A stretch of DNA of 64,000 nt from Rhizobium sp. Q54 (lineage in GTDB: Bacteria; Pseudomonadota; Alphaproteobacteria; CADEGL01), in NCBI GenBank assembly GCA_945860095.1, contig CAMAPP010000001.1:3741-67740 (forward strand). The letters are read 5' to 3'. The notes beneath the pieces are model-generated. The model saw only the letters and a program-made list of their open reading frames with translations, did not search any database and was not told the DNA's origin. The translations under genes and the position numbers were made by a program. Of this stretch, positions 45,556 through 56,470 are shown one piece after another. Within the stretch, counting starts at the first letter, position 1; each line of letters begins with the position of its first letter.

Positions 45556-46541
45556 CGGCGATTTGGCCGATCGCCGCCTTGATGGCCGTGGCGGCCGCTT
45601 GCGCGACGTGGTTCGCGACGCGCCAGGTGCTGGGCTATCTCGAGCGCCGAGGAATTTTCGATCGCCCGAACGAGCGCAGCAGCCACAACGCCCCCGTGCC
45701 GCGAGGCGGAGGGTTGGCGGTCATCGGCGTTCTCGTTCCCGCCTTCGTCCTTGCCGGCGTGTTGCTGGGCGCGCCGGAGACATGGTACGTCGTGGCGGCG
45801 CTCGCGGGATTGGCCGGCATATCCTGGATCGACGATATCAAAGGGCTGCCGGCGGGCACGCGCTTGATCGCGCAGGCCGCCGCCGTGGCGCTGGGACTTC
45901 TGGCCCTGCCGGGTCCCATCGCCCAGGGCTTGCTGGCGCCGTGGCTCGACACCGCGCTCGCGGCGCTAGCCTGGTTGTGGTTCGTCAATCTGTTCAATTT
46001 CATGGACGGGATCGACGGCATTGCCGGCGCCGAGGCGACGGCACTTACCATCGGGATCGTCCTCGTCGCCGCCCTGCCCCGTGGCCCGGACGATCTTGTC
46101 CTATATGCCGCCGCGGTGGGCGGCACGGCGCTCGGCTTCCTGCCGTGGAACTGGCATCGCGCGAAGATTTTTCTCGGCGACGTGGGCAGCGTGCCGCTCG
46201 GCTTTGCCCTCGGATGGCTGCTCCTGAGCCTTGCCGCGTCGGGCGCATGGATCGCGGCCTTGGTTTTGCCGCTTTACTACCTCGCCGATTCGACGCTCAC
46301 GCTTGCGCGCCGTGCGGCGCGCGGCGAGCCCGTCTGGCGTGCCCATCGCGAGCATTTCTACCAGCGCGCGGTGCGCGGCGGCCTGTCGCACGACCGGGTA
46401 GTGCACGCGATCGGCGCGGGCAATCTCGCGCTCGTGGGGCTCGCGGTCGCCGGCGAGGCAAGCCTTGGCTGGAGCGTTCTGCCGATGGCCGTGGGGGTGG
46501 TGGCGGTCGTGCTGTGGCGCCTGAGCTTGGGGCGGCCCTAG
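45552..46541 (+). CDS. Undecaprenyl-phosphate N-acetylhexosamine-1-phosphate transferase (WecA/WbpL, MraY family)
   Basis: NLFNFMDGIDGIAG and DVGS motifs and multiple TM segments are present. Confidence 0.8.
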   Translation: MTAIWPIAALMAVAAACATWFATRQVLGYLERRGIFDRPNERSSHNAPVPRGGGLAVIGVLVPAFVLAGVLLGAPETWYVVAALAGLAGISWIDDIKGLPAGTRLIAQAAAVALGLLALPGPIAQGLLAPWLDTALAALAWLWFVNLFNFMDGIDGIAGAEATALTIGIVLVAALPRGPDDLVLYAAAVGGTALGFLPWNWHRAKIFLGDVGSVPLGFALGWLLLSLAASGAWIAALVLPLYYLADSTLTLARRAARGEPVWRAHREHFYQRAVRGGLSHDRVVHAIGAGNLALVGLAVAGEASLGWSVLPMAVGVVAVVLWRLSLGRP

Positions 46542-46569
46542 ACGCTCTTGCCCGACTGGGGCCTGTGCT

Positions 46570-48534
46570 ATGGTCGTGTCGGCGGTTCGTCTCGAACGGC
46601 CGCCACGACGGAGAGACGGGTTGGCCTTCATTCGCCTAAGCCGCGCGCGCATCGCCTTCCTCCACGACCTGATCATGACCGGGGTGGCATTCGTTGCCTC
46701 GCTGTATCTGCGCATGGGCGATTCGTTCTTCGACCTGCCGCGCGAATCGATCGCGATTTGGACGACGATTTTCGTCTCGGTGGCGGCCGCCGTGTTCGCA
46801 TCCATGCGGCTCTATCGCGGGGTTTGGCGCTACGCCTCGCTCGACGACACGATCGCCATCGCCAAGGCCGTCGGCCTTGCGAGCCTCGTCTATTTGCCCT
46901 TGGTCTTCTTCCTCACGCGGCTCGACCAATTGCCGCGCTCGCACATCGTCATCAACGCCTTCGTGCTGATGGCCTTGCTGAGCGGTCCGCGCATCCTGTA
47001 TCGGGTCTTGAAGGATCGGAGCGTTGAGGCGGTCTTGGCGCTAGACGGTTACCGGCGCGTACCCGTCCTTCTGGTGGGTGCCAGCGACGCGGCCGAGCTT
47101 TTCATCCAGGCGACGCGCCAGCGTCCGGCGGCCGGATACCGCGTGGTCGGCATCCTCGACGAGAAGGGCACGCGGGTCGACCGCGCGATTCGCGGCGTTC
47201 GCGTGCTCGGCACCCTCGATCAGGCGCGCGAGGTCATCGACCGGCTGTCGCGCGACGGCATGGCGCCGCGCCGACTGATCCTGGCGGGCGACGGCATCGA
47301 CGGCGCACAAGTGCGCCAATTGCTCGAACTGGCCGAAGCCAGCGGTATGTCGCTCGCGCGTCTGCCGAATCTCACGGACTTCAAGAGCGAGCTCGGCGAC
47401 GAGATCGCCATGCGCCCGATCGCGATCGAGGATTTGCTCGGCCGGCCGCAGACCGTGCTCGACCGCGTGGGCATGCGGGCCCTGATCGCGGGAAGGCGGA
47501 TCATGGTGACCGGCGCGGGCGGGACCATCGGCTCGGAGCTTGCCCGGCAGATCGCCGATTTCGCGCCCTCGCATCTGACTCTGCTCGATTACGGCGAGTT
47601 CAATCTTTACACGATCGATCTCGAAATCGGCGAGCGGCAGCCAAATCTGCCGCGCTCGGTTGTGTTGTGCGACGTGCGCGACAAGGACAGGCTCGCGCGC
47701 GCCGTCGCCGCCCAGACGCCGCAACTCATCTTCCATGCGGCGGCGTTGAAGCACGTACCGATGGTCGAGGCCCACCCCGTCGAGGGCGTCCTGACCAATG
47801 TCATGGGCACGCGCAATTTAGCCGATGCCTGCCGGGCAACGGGCGTCGAGGCCATGGTGCTGATCTCGACCGACAAGGCGGTCAACCCGACGAACGTCAT
47901 GGGCGCGACCAAGCGGGTCGCGGAAGCTTATTGCCAGGCCTTGGATCTCTCGGCGCAGGGCCGGGGCGCGCGTTTCGTGACCGTGAGATTCGGTAACGTC
48001 CTGGGCTCCACCGGCTCGGTCGTACCCCTGTTTCAGCGCCAAATCGCCTCGCGCGGGCCCGTCACCGTCACCCATCCCGACGTCACGCGCTACTTCATGA
48101 CCACCCGCGAGGCCGTCGAGCTCGTCCTGCAGGCAACCGTCCTTGGCACGCGCAGCGGCGCCGAAAGCGGCAAAATCTTCGTCCTCGACATGGGCGAGCC
48201 CGTGCGCATCGCCGATCTTGCCAAGCAAATGATCCGCCTGTCGGGTCTGCAGCCGGGGACCGACATCGAAATCCGCTATACCGGCCTGAGACCCGGTGAA
48301 AAACTGCACGAGGAACTTTTTCATGCGGCCGAGCACGCCGTGCCGACCGAACTCGGCGGTATATTTCTGGCGGCACCCCGAGCCGCCGATGTCGCGATTC
48401 TCGCCCGCGCGCTCGACGAGCTCGGCGAGGCGGCTTCCGCCGGCCACGCCGAGCGCGCGGTCGCGGTTCTGGCCCGCCTGGTGCCCGAGGCGCGGCTCGA
48501 CGGCGCGGCCGCCCGACCGGCCGCCGCGCGCTGA
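46570..48534 (+). CDS. Membrane-bound UDP-sugar 4,6-dehydratase, CapD/WbpM/PglF family
   Basis: N-terminal TM helices are followed by two Rossmann-like regions (VTGAGGTIGSEL). Confidence 0.85.
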   Translation: MVVSAVRLERPPRRRDGLAFIRLSRARIAFLHDLIMTGVAFVASLYLRMGDSFFDLPRESIAIWTTIFVSVAAAVFASMRLYRGVWRYASLDDTIAIAKAVGLASLVYLPLVFFLTRLDQLPRSHIVINAFVLMALLSGPRILYRVLKDRSVEAVLALDGYRRVPVLLVGASDAAELFIQATRQRPAAGYRVVGILDEKGTRVDRAIRGVRVLGTLDQAREVIDRLSRDGMAPRRLILAGDGIDGAQVRQLLELAEASGMSLARLPNLTDFKSELGDEIAMRPIAIEDLLGRPQTVLDRVGMRALIAGRRIMVTGAGGTIGSELARQIADFAPSHLTLLDYGEFNLYTIDLEIGERQPNLPRSVVLCDVRDKDRLARAVAAQTPQLIFHAAALKHVPMVEAHPVEGVLTNVMGTRNLADACRATGVEAMVLISTDKAVNPTNVMGATKRVAEAYCQALDLSAQGRGARFVTVRFGNVLGSTGSVVPLFQRQIASRGPVTVTHPDVTRYFMTTREAVELVLQATVLGTRSGAESGKIFVLDMGEPVRIADLAKQMIRLSGLQPGTDIEIRYTGLRPGEKLHEELFHAAEHAVPTELGGIFLAAPRAADVAILARALDELGEAASAGHAERAVAVLARLVPEARLDGAAARPAAAR

Positions 48535-48561
48535 ATTGGCGCACTGTCCCGCGAGTTTTCC

Positions 48562-50148
48562 ATGACCGATGACCGATTGGTTTCTGTTCGCCGCGCCTTG
48601 CTGTCGGTTTCGGACAAGGCTGGGCTCGTCGAACTCGGCCGTTTCCTTGCCGGGCGCGAAATCGAGATTCTCTCGACCGGCGGCACCGCCCGCGCCCTGG
48701 TCGCGGAGGGAATTGCGGTCACCGAGGTGTCGGCGCACACGGGGTTTCCCGAGATTCTCGACGGCCGGGTGAAAACGCTGCACCCCGCGATTCACGGCGG
48801 CATACTCGCGCGCCGCGAGCTGGCCGAACATCGCGCCGCGATGGCGGAGCACAAGATCGCGGCCATCGATCTGGTGATCGTAAACCTGTATCCCTTCGAG
48901 GCGACCCTCGCCTCGGGCGCCGGCTTCGACGACTGCATCGAGAACATCGATATCGGCGGCCCGGCCTTGATTCGCGCCGCGGCCAAGAACCACGTCCATG
49001 TGGCGGTCGCGACCGATCCGGCCGATTACGAGGCGATCATGGCCGAAATGGCCGCGACCGGCGGCGCGACGACCATGGCCTTGCGCCGCAACCTCGCGGC
49101 CCGCGCCTATTCGCGCACGGCCGCCTACGACGCGGCGATCGGCGATTGGTTCGCGCGTTGCGAGGGCGAGGAATTTCCCCAACGCCTGGTGATCGCGGGC
49201 AAGCGCGCGCAGATGATGCGTTACGGCGAAAATCCGCACCAAGCGGCCGCCTTCTATCTCGGCGGCGATTGGCGCCCGGGCGTGGGCTCGGCCCGCCAGC
49301 TTCACGGCAAGGAGCTGAGTTACAACAATCTCGTCGATGCCGACGCGGCAATCGAGCTGGTCGCGGAGTTCGAACGCCCGGCGGTCGCCATCGTCAAGCA
49401 CGCCAACCCGTGCGGCGTGGCGACGGCCGACGCGTTGACCGAAGCGTATGGCTTGGCCCTTGCCTGCGATCCGGTCAGCGCCTTCGGCGGCATCGTCGCG
49501 GTCAATCGTCCACTCGACGCCGAGACGGCGAGGGTCATCGCCAAATTGTTCGCCGAGGTGGTCATCGCTCCTGGATATATGGCGGACGCGCTTTCGGCCC
49601 TCGCCGGCAAAAAAAATCTTCGGTTGCTCGATATCGGGCACATGCCGTCGCCCGGGGATTCCGCGCGCACATTCCGTTCGTTGGCCGGCGGATTTCTGGT
49701 GCAGACGCGCGACAATCGCCGCGTCGGCCGGGCGGATCTGACGTGCGTGACCAAACGGGCGCCGAGCGCGGCGGAAATCGACGACTTGCTGTTCGCCTTC
49801 GCCGTGTGCAAGCACGTGAAGTCGAATGCCATCGTCTACGCCCGCGACGGCGCGACGGTCGGGATCGGCGCCGGACAAATGAGCCGGATCGATTCGACCC
49901 GCACGGCCGCGCTTAAGGCCGAGGATGCCGCCCGGCTATCGGGTGGGGGCGAGCCGCGCACCCGGCGTTCCGTGGTCGCCTCGGACGCGTTCTTCCCGTT
50001 CCCCGACGGCTTGATCGCCGCCGCACAAGCGGGTGTCACGGCCGTCATTCAGCCCGGCGGCTCGGTCCGCGATGCCGAGGTGATCGCCGCCGCCGACGAC
50101 CGGGGCTTGGCCATGGTGTTCACGGGCGTGCGGCATTTTCGCCACTAA
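48562..50148 (+). CDS. purH: Bifunctional AICAR transformylase / IMP cyclohydrolase
   Basis: [22 protein letters not shown] and [15 protein letters not shown] are present. Confidence 0.9.
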   Translation: MTDDRLVSVRRALLSVSDKAGLVELGRFLAGREIEILSTGGTARALVAEGIAVTEVSAHTGFPEILDGRVKTLHPAIHGGILARRELAEHRAAMAEHKIAAIDLVIVNLYPFEATLASGAGFDDCIENIDIGGPALIRAAAKNHVHVAVATDPADYEAIMAEMAATGGATTMALRRNLAARAYSRTAAYDAAIGDWFARCEGEEFPQRLVIAGKRAQMMRYGENPHQAAAFYLGGDWRPGVGSARQLHGKELSYNNLVDADAAIELVAEFERPAVAIVKHANPCGVATADALTEAYGLALACDPVSAFGGIVAVNRPLDAETARVIAKLFAEVVIAPGYMADALSALAGKKNLRLLDIGHMPSPGDSARTFRSLAGGFLVQTRDNRRVGRADLTCVTKRAPSAAEIDDLLFAFAVCKHVKSNAIVYARDGATVGIGAGQMSRIDSTRTAALKAEDAARLSGGGEPRTRRSVVASDAFFPFPDGLIAAAQAGVTAVIQPGGSVRDAEVIAAADDRGLAMVFTGVRHFRH

Positions 50149-51460
50149 GTTTGGCGCCACTAAGTTTGGTGCCGCCGCTACCCTCGCCGCCCGGCAAGCG
50201 CACCGACAACAACAGCACAAGGCCCACGACGAGAAAGACGAGAGTCGTCGCCATGCCCGCGCGCTGGCTGCCGGTTTCGACCGTGACCCAGGCGAGGATC
50301 AGGGGGCCGAGAAACGCGGTCGCCTTGCCGGTGAAGGCGTAGAGTCCGAAATATTCGCCGGCTTGGTCGCGCGGCACCAGGCGCGCCATGAGGGATCGGC
50401 TGGCGGCCTGGGCGGGGCCAAAAAACGTTCCGAGCCCAAGGCCAAGCGTCCAGAACATGGTTTTCGATTCGACGACCAGAAGCCCCGCGCCGATGGCCGT
50501 GAGCGCCACGAGCGCCATGATGATCGTCGGCTTCGGCCCGACCCAGTCGTCGATCCACGCAAAGCCCGCAGCACCCAGACCGGCCGTGACGTTGAGCGCG
50601 ATGCCGAACAGGATGATTTCGTCGAAGGCCATTCCGAAGGTGCCGGCCGCATAAATGCCGCCGAAGGCAAAGATGGTGTTGAGGCCGTCGGTATAAATCA
50701 TCCGGGCCAGCAGGAAACGACCGATGCGTGCCTCGCGCGGCAAGCGCTTCAACGTGCGCCAGAGATCGGCCAAGCCCTCGCAAACGGCGCGCCGGAGGCC
50801 GATACCCGTCGGGCCACGATCGGGTGTCCACAAAAGAATCGGCAGGGAAAACACCGCGAGCCACAACGCCACCAGAAGGGTTGTAGCGCGCACGGGCTCC
50901 TGCGCGGCCGGATCGAGCCCGAAGGGCGGCGGCGACGCCTGGATGAAACCCCAAAGCGAAATCGCAAGGCAGCACAAGCCGCCCGCATAGCCAAGACCCC
51001 AAGCCCAACCCGAGAGCCGGCCAAGCCTTCCGGGCGGAGCCAAATCGACGAGCATCGCGTTGTAAAACACCTGGCCGAGCTCGAAGGCGAGCGTGCCGAG
51101 CGCAAACCAGACGAGTGCCCATGCGGTATCCGAGGGCGTGGGCTCGGTGAACCAGAGCATCGCCGCGGACGCGGCGCAGAGCCAGGTGAAGACCGCAAGC
51201 CACGGCTTGCGCGCACCCGCCCGGTCGGCGACCGCGCCCAGGACCGGCGAAAGCACCGCGACCGCCGCCCCCGCGCCACCAACCGCCAAACCCCATTGCG
51301 CGGTTCCGGTTTCGACGTCCGCGGCGACCGCGCGCGCAAAGAACGCCGCGAACACGAAGGTCTCGATGACGGTCGGGAACGCGGAATTCGCCCAATCGTA
51401 AAGGCACCAAGACACGAGGCCACGGCGGGACGCACCCGCCACGGGCACCGTCCGCGTCAT
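50120..51460 (-). CDS. MFS transporter
   Basis: About 12 hydrophobic segments. Its start ATG overlaps the stop of the upstream gdh gene (ATGA on the minus strand). Confidence 0.7.
   Translation of the reverse strand: MTRTVPVAGASRRGLVSWCLYDWANSAFPTVIETFVFAAFFARAVAADVETGTAQWGLAVGGAGAAVAVLSPVLGAVADRAGARKPWLAVFTWLCAASAAMLWFTEPTPSDTAWALVWFALGTLAFELGQVFYNAMLVDLAPPGRLGRLSGWAWGLGYAGGLCCLAISLWGFIQASPPPFGLDPAAQEPVRATTLLVALWLAVFSLPILLWTPDRGPTGIGLRRAVCEGLADLWRTLKRLPREARIGRFLLARMIYTDGLNTIFAFGGIYAAGTFGMAFDEIILFGIALNVTAGLGAAGFAWIDDWVGPKPTIIMALVALTAIGAGLLVVESKTMFWTLGLGLGTFFGPAQAASRSLMARLVPRDQAGEYFGLYAFTGKATAFLGPLILAWVTVETGSQRAGMATTLVFLVVGLVLLLSVRLPGGEGSGGTKLSGAKLSGENAARP
50140..50169. repeat. Perfect 15-bp x2 tandem duplication (CGCCACTAAGTTTGG) at the purH/MFS convergent overlap
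   Basis: Read directly from the sequence. It duplicates the purH stop codon and a [10 protein letters not shown] unit at the C-terminus of the minus-strand MFS protein. Confidence 0.8.
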
Positions 51461-54400
51461 CAGACGATCAAGGTCCGAAGCTGGCGATTTGCGACGGCCA
51501 ACATGGCGATATCCACGCCGGCGCTTGCCTTGAGATCGGCCAGCAAGGCGTCCGTCCGGCCGATCGCCGCCGTGCGCGCACCGACCCAGGCATCGAGCGC
51601 GCCTTCGGCGCCAGCGCCGTTTCGGTCATCGAGCACGCGCGCGGTCAAATCCGATTGATGGCCGAACAGATCGTCGACGACGGCCTCGACCGCGGTGCGC
51701 TGCCACGGCGTATCGGTTTTGATCGCCGCCGCCGAAGCGTGCAACCAGTCGAGCCCCAAGCGTGCGCCCAGGGTAAAATATACCTGGGCGACGCGCTCGA
51801 TCGGGACATTTCGCGACCGCGCGATCCGCACGATATCGCACGCCGAACCCAGATCCTCGAAGCCAGCGATCCGGCGCGCGAGTTCCTCGGGCGCGCCCTT
51901 GCGCTCGAGAGCCGCCGCATGGCCACGAAAACGCGCCTCGCGATCGGCCGATAGCAAGCCGTTGAGCCCGGCGGCGAGCGCCGCGATGCCCGGGCGGAAT
52001 TGGGCCGCGGTGCCGGCGACGTCGAGCGGATTCCCACCATTGCGCAGAAACCAGAACACGGCACGCTCCACCAACCGGCCCGCCTCCAGCATCATCGCGG
52101 TCTGCAACTCGGCCGGCGCCTTGCCATCCAGCGCCTCGATCGCCCGCCACACGCCACGCAAATCGAAGGCATCGCGCGAGATCGCATAAGCGCGCGCCAC
52201 GTCGGCGGCGCCGTACCCGGTTTTCTCGCGCATGTCGTGCACGAAGGACGCGCCGACCCGATTGACCATCGAGTTGGTCACAACTTTGGCGATGATCTCC
52301 CGCCGCAGGCGATGGCGCAGGAGCGCGTCCTTGTGTCCAGACTTGAGCGCCTTGGGGAAGTAGCGCCCTAGGTCCTCGACCAGGAGCGGATCGTCCGGCA
52401 GGTCCGAGGCGAGCAATTCGTCGTAGAGCGCGATTTTTCCGTAGGCGAGCAGGACCGCGAGTTCGGGACGCGTAAGGCCGATTCCGGCCGTCCGGCGTTC
52501 GGCGATGGTTTCGTCGTCGGGCAAATATTCGATCGCGCGGTCGAGTCGGCCCGCGCGCTCCATCGCGCGCATCATGCGCGTCTGCTGCTCCAGGAGCTCC
52601 GGCGCGCGCGCGGACATGACGGAGAGTGCCTGGGTTTGCTGATAATTGTTCTTCAGCACCAACTCGGCCACCTCATCGGACATGGCCTCGAGAAGCTTGT
52701 CGCGCTGCTTCAGGGTCATTTCGCCGCTCTCGACGACATCGCCAAGTAGAATCTTGATATTGACCTCATGGTCCGAGCAATCGACGCCGCCCGAGTTGTC
52801 GATGGCGTCGGTGTTGATCCGACCGCCCTTGAGCGCGTACTCGATGCGTCCACGCTGGGTGAGGCCGAGATTGGCGCCCTCGCCCACGATACGCGCGCCG
52901 ATCTCGTGGCCATCGATGCGGATGGCGTCGTTCGCCCGGTCGCCCGCATCGGCATGGGATTCGTCGGCCGCCTTGACGAAAGCGCCGATGCCGCCGAACC
53001 ACAGCAAATCGACTTCAAGCATCAGGAGCGCGCGCATGATCTCGGTCGGCGTTGCGCTGTCGCGGTCGAGCTTCAGCAGGGCGCGCGCTTCGGCCGAAAG
53101 CTTTATCGATTTGAGATCGCGCGCGAACACCCCGCCGCCCTTGGAGATGAGCGAGGCGTCGTAATCGGCCCAGGTCGAACGCGGCAGGGCAAATAGGCGC
53201 TGGCGTTCGGCGAAGCTTTTCGCTGGGTCGGGATCGGGGTCGAGGAAAATGTGCAGGTGATTGAAGGCTCCGACCATTTTCGTTTGGTCGCTGCGCAACA
53301 TGGCGTTACCGAAAACATCGCCCGACATGTCGCCGACGCCGACGCAGCTGAAGGGGTGCGCCGCGATGTGGCGTCCAAGTTCGCGAAAATGCCGGTCGAC
53401 CGAAACCCAACCGCCACGTGCGGTGATGCCCATCTTCTTGTGGTCGTAGCCCGCCGAGCCGCCCGAGGCGAAGGCATCGCCGAGCCAGAAGGCGTAGTCG
53501 CGCGAGACGGCGTTCGCGATGTCGGAGAAGGTCGCCGTGCCCTTGTCGGCCGCGACCACCAGATAGGGGTCGTCACCGTCGAGGCGCACGACCGATGGGG
53601 GCGGCACCACCACCGCGCCCTTCAAATTGTCGGTGATGTCGAGCAGGCCGCGAATGAGGGTTTGATAGCAGGTGACGACCTCGGCCTGCATCGCCTCGCG
53701 CCCGCCGGTCTTGGGTGGCCGCTTGACGACGAAGCCGCCCTTCGAGCCGACCGGGACGATAACGGCGTTCTTGACCATTTGCGCCTTCATCAGGCCGAGA
53801 ACCTCCGTGCGGAAATCCTCGCGCCGGTCGGACCAGCGGATACCGCCACGCGCGACCTTGCCGCCGCGGAGATGGATGCCCTCCATGCGCGGCGAATAGA
53901 CGAAGATTTCGACCATGGGCCGCGGCAGGGGCAGGTCCGCGACCTTCCGGCTGTCGAGCTTGAACGACAGATAGGATTTGGACGCGCCGTGTTCGTCGGT
54001 CTGGAAGAAATTCGTGCGCAAGGTCGCGTACACGAGATTGAGCATGCGACGCAGGATGCGGTCTTCGTCGAGATTGGTGACGGCGTCCAGCGCGCGCTCG
54101 ACTTCGGCGCAAATCGCCGCCATGCGCATCGCGCCGTCCGTGGCGGCAGGATCGAAGCGGGCGTGGAATGCGGCGACCATCAAGCGCGCGATGGCGCCGT
54201 GGCGGGCGAGCGTATCTTCGACATAGGCGAGGCTGAACGGCGCGCGGGCCTGGCGGAGATAGCGCGTATAGGCCCGCAAGACCACGACATCGCGCCACGA
54301 GAACCCAGCGGTCACGACCAGGCGGTTGAGCGGGTCGCTGCCCATTTCGCCAGCCCAAATGCGCCCGAAGGCACCCTGGAATTTGGGCCCGATGGCGCCG

Positions 54401-56274
54401 AGGTCGAGTTCGAGCGCGCCGGCGTGCATTTCGAAATCGTGGATATAGACCGGGTTCTTGCCGCCATCCGTTGCGACCGCGAAGGGAATTTCGGCCACGA
54501 CGCGAAGGCCCATGTGTTCGAGCATGGGCAAGATGTCGGACAGGGGAACCGGCGTGCCGCCGTGGAACAACTTGAAATGCAGCACGCCGTCCGCCGCGTC
54601 AAGGCGGCGGTAGAGGCTCATGGCGATGGGCGCGCCGGTGCGCACCTCTTCCACGCGCTCGATATCGCCGCAAGTGTCACGCGCGCCGAATATCTCGCGG
54701 TAGCCGGCGGGAAAGGCATCGCGGTAGCGGCCGAACAGATCGTGCCCGCGCGCTTCGCCCAGTTTTTCGATGAGCGCGTCTTGCAGATCGTCCGCCCAGC
54801 TGCGGCTGGCGTCCGAGAGGGCGTGTTCGATGGCGGCGAGGTCGACTTCGCGCGCCTCGACCGCAGGCGCGCGGACGATGAAATGCACGCGCGCCATGGG
54901 CGCGTCCGAGATATGGGTGTTGAAATCGACGGTTTCGCCTTTGAACGCAGAAAGCAAGATCGCCTCGTGCCGAAGGCGAAGATCGGTGGTGTAGCGTTCG
55001 CGCGGCACGTACACGAGGCAAGAGAAAAACCGGGCGTAGCTGTCCTGGCGAACGAACAGGCGGACGCGCTGGCGTTCCTCGAGATGGAGGATGCCGCGCG
55101 CGGTCGCGTATAAAAGCTCGACATCGACTTGGAACAGCTCGTCGCGCGGATAGGTTTCGAGGATGTTGAGGAGAGCCTTGGAATTGTGGCTTTGGGGCTT
55201 GAACCCAGAGCGCGCGACGACTTGTTCGATTTTTTGGCGCAGCAGGGGAATATCGCGCGGATTGCGGTTGTAGGCGGTCGAGGTAAAAAGGCCGACGAAG
55301 CGCCGCTCGCCGATCACCGCGCCGTCCGCCGCAAATCGACGCACGCCGATGTAATCCATATATACCGAACGATGAACGCGCGAACGGCTATTGGCCTTGG
55401 TGATGATGAGCAAGTGCTTGTCGCGCGCGACCTTGGCTATATTCTCGGGCAACGGGGCGGCATGACGCGCGGTCGATTCGGCCGAAACCTCGCGCAATAC
55501 GCCCTTGCCCGAATCCTGCACGACCCGGAGATAGTTCTGACCGTCCTTGGTTTCGAGCGCGTAATCGCGCACGCCGAGGAAGGTGAAATTTTCGTCGCGC
55601 ATCCATTCGAGGAAAGCCTTGCCTTCCGAGAGTTCGGCGGCCGCGAGTTTCGGCGGGGCCTTCTCGATATCGGCAATGAGCGCCTCGAGCGCGCCGCGCA
55701 TGGGCCGCCAATCCTCGACCGCAAGGCGCACTTCGGCCAAGACCTGGGTCAGGGACGTGGCGATGGCTTCGAGCGCGGCGGGCGCGGAGCGTTGGCTGAT
55801 TTCGATGTGCAACACCGATTCGTCGGCGCCGTCCTTGGCGCCGGCCGCCAGGACATCGGTCAACTTGCCGTCCTTGTCGCGCGCGATTCTAACGACCGGG
55901 TGGATGAGAAGATGGACGATGAGGTTTTGCCGATTGAGCGCGGAGACGATCGAATCGACGATGAACGGCATGTCGTCGTTGACGATCTCGATGACCGTAT
56001 GGGTCGAGAGCCAGCCGTGCTCTTCCTGGCACGGGTTGTAAGCGCGGATCTTGGGCGCGCCGGGCGTGCGCTTGGCCGCAAAGCGCCAGAGCGCGAGGGC
56101 TGCGCCAAAGAGCGTTGCGGCGTCGCCCTCGAGCAGGAGCTCCGGCGCGACGCCTTCGTAATAGCGACGCACGAAGCGCTCGATGGCCTCGCCGCGGCCC
56201 TTCGCCGTCGCGTGCACGCGGCGCACGATCTCGTCGATCAACTGCGCCTTGAGCTGCTCGGCTTGCCCGGGCAT
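51460..56274 (-). CDS. NAD-specific glutamate dehydrogenase, large (about 1600 aa) type
   Basis: A 1604-aa ORF with the architecture and conserved catalytic core (GGIRW, NAVIVPVGSKGGFV) of large bacterial NAD-GDH. Confidence 0.9.
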   Translation of the reverse strand: MPGQAEQLKAQLIDEIVRRVHATAKGRGEAIERFVRRYYEGVAPELLLEGDAATLFGAALALWRFAAKRTPGAPKIRAYNPCQEEHGWLSTHTVIEIVNDDMPFIVDSIVSALNRQNLIVHLLIHPVVRIARDKDGKLTDVLAAGAKDGADESVLHIEISQRSAPAALEAIATSLTQVLAEVRLAVEDWRPMRGALEALIADIEKAPPKLAAAELSEGKAFLEWMRDENFTFLGVRDYALETKDGQNYLRVVQDSGKGVLREVSAESTARHAAPLPENIAKVARDKHLLIITKANSRSRVHRSVYMDYIGVRRFAADGAVIGERRFVGLFTSTAYNRNPRDIPLLRQKIEQVVARSGFKPQSHNSKALLNILETYPRDELFQVDVELLYATARGILHLEERQRVRLFVRQDSYARFFSCLVYVPRERYTTDLRLRHEAILLSAFKGETVDFNTHISDAPMARVHFIVRAPAVEAREVDLAAIEHALSDASRSWADDLQDALIEKLGEARGHDLFGRYRDAFPAGYREIFGARDTCGDIERVEEVRTGAPIAMSLYRRLDAADGVLHFKLFHGGTPVPLSDILPMLEHMGLRVVAEIPFAVATDGGKNPVYIHDFEMHAGALELDLGAIGPKFQGAFGRIWAGEMGSDPLNRLVVTAGFSWRDVVVLRAYTRYLRQARAPFSLAYVEDTLARHGAIARLMVAAFHARFDPAATDGAMRMAAICAEVERALDAVTNLDEDRILRRMLNLVYATLRTNFFQTDEHGASKSYLSFKLDSRKVADLPLPRPMVEIFVYSPRMEGIHLRGGKVARGGIRWSDRREDFRTEVLGLMKAQMVKNAVIVPVGSKGGFVVKRPPKTGGREAMQAEVVTCYQTLIRGLLDITDNLKGAVVVPPPSVVRLDGDDPYLVVAADKGTATFSDIANAVSRDYAFWLGDAFASGGSAGYDHKKMGITARGGWVSVDRHFRELGRHIAAHPFSCVGVGDMSGDVFGNAMLRSDQTKMVGAFNHLHIFLDPDPDPAKSFAERQRLFALPRSTWADYDASLISKGGGVFARDLKSIKLSAEARALLKLDRDSATPTEIMRALLMLEVDLLWFGGIGAFVKAADESHADAGDRANDAIRIDGHEIGARIVGEGANLGLTQRGRIEYALKGGRINTDAIDNSGGVDCSDHEVNIKILLGDVVESGEMTLKQRDKLLEAMSDEVAELVLKNNYQQTQALSVMSARAPELLEQQTRMMRAMERAGRLDRAIEYLPDDETIAERRTAGIGLTRPELAVLLAYGKIALYDELLASDLPDDPLLVEDLGRYFPKALKSGHKDALLRHRLRREIIAKVVTNSMVNRVGASFVHDMREKTGYGAADVARAYAISRDAFDLRGVWRAIEALDGKAPAELQTAMMLEAGRLVERAVFWFLRNGGNPLDVAGTAAQFRPGIAALAAGLNGLLSADREARFRGHAAALERKGAPEELARRIAGFEDLGSACDIVRIARSRNVPIERVAQVYFTLGARLGLDWLHASAAAIKTDTPWQRTAVEAVVDDLFGHQSDLTARVLDDRNGAGAEGALDAWVGARTAAIGRTDALLADLKASAGVDIAMLAVANRQLRTLIV

Positions 56275-56470
56275 GTCTTGCTCCTGAATTTTCTGTCGTC
56301 GCGAATAAGTAAGCGATGTTACGGCGCACCAATTAGCGCAAGGCTAACTCGCAGCGCCCTCCTCCACCACGCCGCCCACCGACACGCCGTCATGACGCGA
56401 CATCGCCAACCGGTACGTTTCGCGATGGTCGTGGCATGGCGCCCTAGCTATTGTGGTTTGAAATCATTGT

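Noticed and set aside
56275-56470. Long 5' region upstream of the NAD-GDH gene as a riboswitch or regulatory RNA.
   Set aside because: No conserved riboswitch-like sequence or obvious structure was recognised by eye. It was left unannotated.
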